Shown here: piece by piece, positions 5,368 to 7,539 of the stretch
Position numbering within the stretch: position 1 is the first letter of the stretch
How the letters are laid out: each line of letters begins with the position of its first letter
NCBI GenBank assembly: GCA_002779075.1
Contig: PEXK01000021.1
Span: 1 to 7,539, forward strand
DNA length: 7,539 nucleotides
From: Candidatus Diapherotrites archaeon CG08_land_8_20_14_0_20_30_16
GTDB taxonomy: Archaea; Iainarchaeota; Iainarchaeia; Iainarchaeales; 0-14-0-20-30-16
Direction: 5' to 3'
The notes under the pieces: model-generated
Databases searched by the model: none
The model's input: only the letters and a program-made list of their open reading frames with translations
What the model was told of the DNA's origin: nothing
Made by a program: the position numbers and the translations under genes

Positions 5368-5976
5368 CTACTCCACTTTTATTTTCTTTAAGTATCCTTC
5401 CATTTTTTCTGTTAAATTCTCTGTTTGAGAATATTTGCTTATAACTTCTAAAGCGTCTTTTACAATATTTGGTTTTCCGCCTTTAACAAAAAGATAACCA
5501 TTTGCTCCAACTAAGATTTTAGATTCTGAATATTTTTCAAGTAAATTAATCATCGATCTATGCTTTCCAATTACTCGTGGCACTTTCTTTGCAGAAACTC
5601 CAAAAAGAATTCCATCCTCTAACTTTGCTTGAATATCAATAATCATATATTTTATTTCATTTACAGATATTACTTGACACAAAATTAAATCTCCTGGTTT
5701 AAACTCTGTTTTAATACTTCTTTTGTGAACATAAGGCATATGATATGATTTTACATCAACAATATAACCAAACATATCCTCTTGAACTACTAAACCAATA
5801 ATCATGTCCCCTTCTCTTGGAGTATATTTTCCATGAAGAGGAACAACTTGAGTATCTTCGCCTTTATACAAAACACCAACATATTTAGAATATGTTTTGT
5901 TGTCTTTTTGATATATTCCCGAACCATTTTCTGGTTTGTCAGATATTAAATCTCCTGGTACAACAATAGTTTTCAT
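5368..5976 (-). CDS. rrp4: Exosome complex RNA-binding cap protein Rrp4 (N-terminal domain + S1 + KH)
   Basis: N-terminal IVVPGDLI; S1-like YTPREGDMIIGLVVQEDMFGYIVDV; KH-like KVPRVIGKHRSMINLLEKYSESKILVGANGYLFV. There is no Zn ribbon, so it is Rrp4 rather than Csl4. The start overlaps the SBDS stop (TAATG) and GAGGGAG lies upstream. Confidence 0.88.
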   Translation of the reverse strand: MKTIVVPGDLISDKPENGSGIYQKDNKTYSKYVGVLYKGEDTQVVPLHGKYTPREGDMIIGLVVQEDMFGYIVDVKSYHMPYVHKRSIKTEFKPGDLILCQVISVNEIKYMIIDIQAKLEDGILFGVSAKKVPRVIGKHRSMINLLEKYSESKILVGANGYLFVKGGKPNIVKDALEVISKYSQTENLTEKMEGYLKKIKVE

Positions 5977-6671
5977 TATTCTCCCTCAAACACACATTGT
6001 CCTTTTGTTAATCCAGAAATTGTATTCAAAAAAGAATCTTTTTCACCAGCAGGCACTTTTGCAGTAAAGTGAAAAGATGCAGGTTCCCATTTTCTTTCAA
6101 GAATTTCGTATTTGTTTATTATTCCATTTACTCTGCCAGCATACTGTATAGGAACATTTACTTTGAAAACATATTTTTTGAAATCCATTGGCAAAACAAT
6201 ACTTAATTTTTCTATTATTTTATCAATTTGTGATTCTATTGATTTTTGAGAATCAATTGTTATTTTGGCAATTTCTAAAGCACTTTCTACTCTTTGAAAA
6301 GGGTATGGTGCTTTATTCATTGGATTTATTGAATTTCTTACAATATAATCAATAAGTTCTTTTCTTTTTGCTTCTGCTAATTTCCTTTTTTGTTCTGTTG
6401 TTAAATCCAGATGTCCTTTTTTTAATATTGCATCAACAACTTGCAATAAATCTACAGTTCCAAAATGGTCTTGCAAAACCTTTTCAGATACTCTGTCTCC
6501 TTTTCTTGAATCTTTGTAAATTTCATCTGTTGCTAAAAGCCTGCTCAAATTATTTGCCAGCTCTTTGTTACCATTTTTAATTTCTAGAGCTAAATCAGGA
6601 TCTACTAAAATTTCAAAATGTGTTCCTTTATCATCATAACTCGCTATACGAGCATCATCAATATTTACCAT
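5976..6671 (-). CDS. Ribosome maturation protein SDO1 / SBDS family
   Basis: GTHFEILVDPDLALEIKNG, IYKDSRKGDRVSEKVLQDHFGTVDLLQVVDAILKKGHLDLTTEQKRKLAEAKRKELIDYIVRNSINP and PYPFQRVESAL match the SBDS N-terminal (FYSH), central and C-terminal domains. ATG 6671 is preceded by AGGTGAT. It holds the conserved position between psmA and rrp4. Confidence 0.9.
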   Translation of the reverse strand: MVNIDDARIASYDDKGTHFEILVDPDLALEIKNGNKELANNLSRLLATDEIYKDSRKGDRVSEKVLQDHFGTVDLLQVVDAILKKGHLDLTTEQKRKLAEAKRKELIDYIVRNSINPMNKAPYPFQRVESALEIAKITIDSQKSIESQIDKIIEKLSIVLPMDFKKYVFKVNVPIQYAGRVNGIINKYEILERKWEPASFHFTAKVPAGEKDSFLNTISGLTKGQCVFEGE

Positions 6672-6698
6672 TCTATCACCTGTCTTTCAAGGTCTATC

Positions 6699-6733
6699 AA
6701 AATTCTTCTAAAGAAGAACCAAGAAATAAAAAA
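6699..6733 (-). terminator. Oligo-T run and hairpin-T4 directly downstream of psmA (possible partial terminator or attenuator)
   Basis: In minus sense the psmA stop TAA (6734-6736) is followed at once by TTTTTT (6733-6728). Next comes a 6-bp hairpin, 6703-6708 with 6713-6718, loop 4 nt, followed by TTTT (6702-6699). All of this lies in the 62-nt psmA-SBDS gap. Confidence 0.3.
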
Positions 6734-7450
6734 TTACTTCTTCTTTCTGTTTTCTGAAAAAGACAGCTCTTTCAAGCCATTTTCCTTAAAATCAAATAAT
6801 TTAATATTGCCAAAATCTATTTGTGCTTTTTCATAAACTTCTTGAATTGCTTCTTTCAACAATTTCTGTGCTTGTTCAGCATTCATATTTGATTGATATT
6901 TCTTTTCAAACAATTGTGTTGCTTTCTGTTTGTTTCTGCCTATTGCTAATGCACTATATTCAGCAACTGCGCCAGACGGTTCAGTTTCAAAAATGTGATA
7001 TCCTACATCATCTTTGCCAACAACAATAAATGAAACACCAAAAGGTCTCATTCCCCCATATTGTGTAAATAATTGTTTTATTGTTGCTACTTTCTTTGCA
7101 ACTGTACTTACTTCAATTGGTTCATCATACAAAAATTTGTTTTCTGCTGCAAAATCTCTTGCAGTTTCTGAAAGTTTTCTTGCATCTCCTGCCAAACCTG
7201 CAGAAATAAAATAAATGTGATCATCTACTTTGAATACCTTTTCTATTGAATCTGTTACCAAAAGCTTTGACTCAAAATTAAAATCAACTAAAACCAAGAT
7301 TCCATCCTTATAGGCAACAGCCATCGCAGGTGTACCTCTTTCAACGATCTTAGCAGCATATTCTACCTGATAAAGTTTTCCTTCAGGACTAAAAACAGTT
7401 ATTGCTCTATCATATGCCATTATTGTACTTTTATCTTGAATAGGAATCAT
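6734..7450 (-). CDS. psmA: Proteasome alpha subunit
   Basis: Alpha-type signature YDRAITVFSPEGKLYQVEYA near the N-terminus, plus Ntn-hydrolase fold blocks (SAGLAGDARKL, YGGMRPFGVSFIVVG, EPSGAVAEY). ATG 7450 is preceded by AGAGGT 7 nt upstream. Confidence 0.93.
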   Translation of the reverse strand: MIPIQDKSTIMAYDRAITVFSPEGKLYQVEYAAKIVERGTPAMAVAYKDGILVLVDFNFESKLLVTDSIEKVFKVDDHIYFISAGLAGDARKLSETARDFAAENKFLYDEPIEVSTVAKKVATIKQLFTQYGGMRPFGVSFIVVGKDDVGYHIFETEPSGAVAEYSALAIGRNKQKATQLFEKKYQSNMNAEQAQKLLKEAIQEVYEKAQIDFGNIKLFDFKENGLKELSFSENRKKK

Positions 7451-7479
7451 ATATATACCTCTAAAACAAAAAATTAGAT

Positions 7480-7510
7480 TATAATATATAAGAGTTATAT
7501 GTTTTATAAA
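7480..7510 (-). promoter_or_regulatory. Candidate promoter region for the psmA-led operon (A/T boxes)
   Basis: Minus-sense TTATATAT (7492-7485) lies about 35-42 nt upstream of ATG 7450, which would leave a short SD-containing leader. A second box, TTTATAAAAC, lies at 7510-7501. These are resemblances to the archaeal TATA consensus only. Confidence 0.3.
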
Positions 7511-7539
7511 TCTATACTATAAAAAGTGGTTAAATTATG

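Noticed and set aside
6368-7214. Plus-strand track ORFs 6368-6580, 6618-6836, 6823-7029 and 7014-7214, antisense to SBDS and psmA
   Set aside because: Same reasoning: these are antisense shadows of well-supported genes, with Leu/Phe/Cys-rich nonsense-like translations and no ribosome-binding sites.
7537-7539. ATG at the very end of the window on the plus strand, preceded by AGTGGT (possible divergent gene start)
   Set aside because: Only the start codon is visible, so no reading frame can be evaluated. It is mentioned only as context for the operon boundary.
1-7539. Search for CRISPR repeats, transposase or integrase genes, terminal inverted repeats, toxin-antitoxin pairs or defence-system genes
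   Set aside because: I found no regularly spaced direct repeats and no ORFs with nuclease, ATPase, integrase or transposase motifs outside the housekeeping genes. Every long ORF is accounted for by a conserved housekeeping or transport family. I therefore do not claim a novel system.

Overview
Strongly AT-rich archaeal DNA (composition judged by eye, not computed). About 5.5 kb (1935-7450, minus strand) is the conserved archaeal exosome superoperon: psmA, SBDS/Sdo1, rrp4, rrp41, rrp42, rpl37ae (eL43), rpoP, a Brix/Imp4-like gene, pcc1 and pfdB. Most genes are preceded by Shine-Dalgarno motifs related to GGAGGTGAT, and several are tightly coupled. rpoP (45 aa, 3152-3289) is missing from the ORF track and was found by hand translation. 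Four track ORFs begin at TTG or GTG and are probably over-extended at the 5' end. The left 1.9 kb holds the 3' part of an amino-acid ABC transporter permease, an orphan 4-TM membrane protein and a metallo-beta-lactamase-fold hydrolase. I see no tRNA, rRNA, CRISPR array, transposase, integrase or recognisable defence or toxin genes. I do not find a new protein-coding system; this looks like a housekeeping locus. The signals the gene list does not explain are non-coding. One is a 165-nt spacer between rpl37ae and rpoP with nested and mutually exclusive helices. Another is a duplicated leader module upstream of both rpoP and the Brix gene, whose two hairpin copies differ by a compensatory base-pair change. 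A third is a hairpin in which the stop codons of two convergent genes pair with each other. All structural and regulatory interpretations are inference from sequence only.
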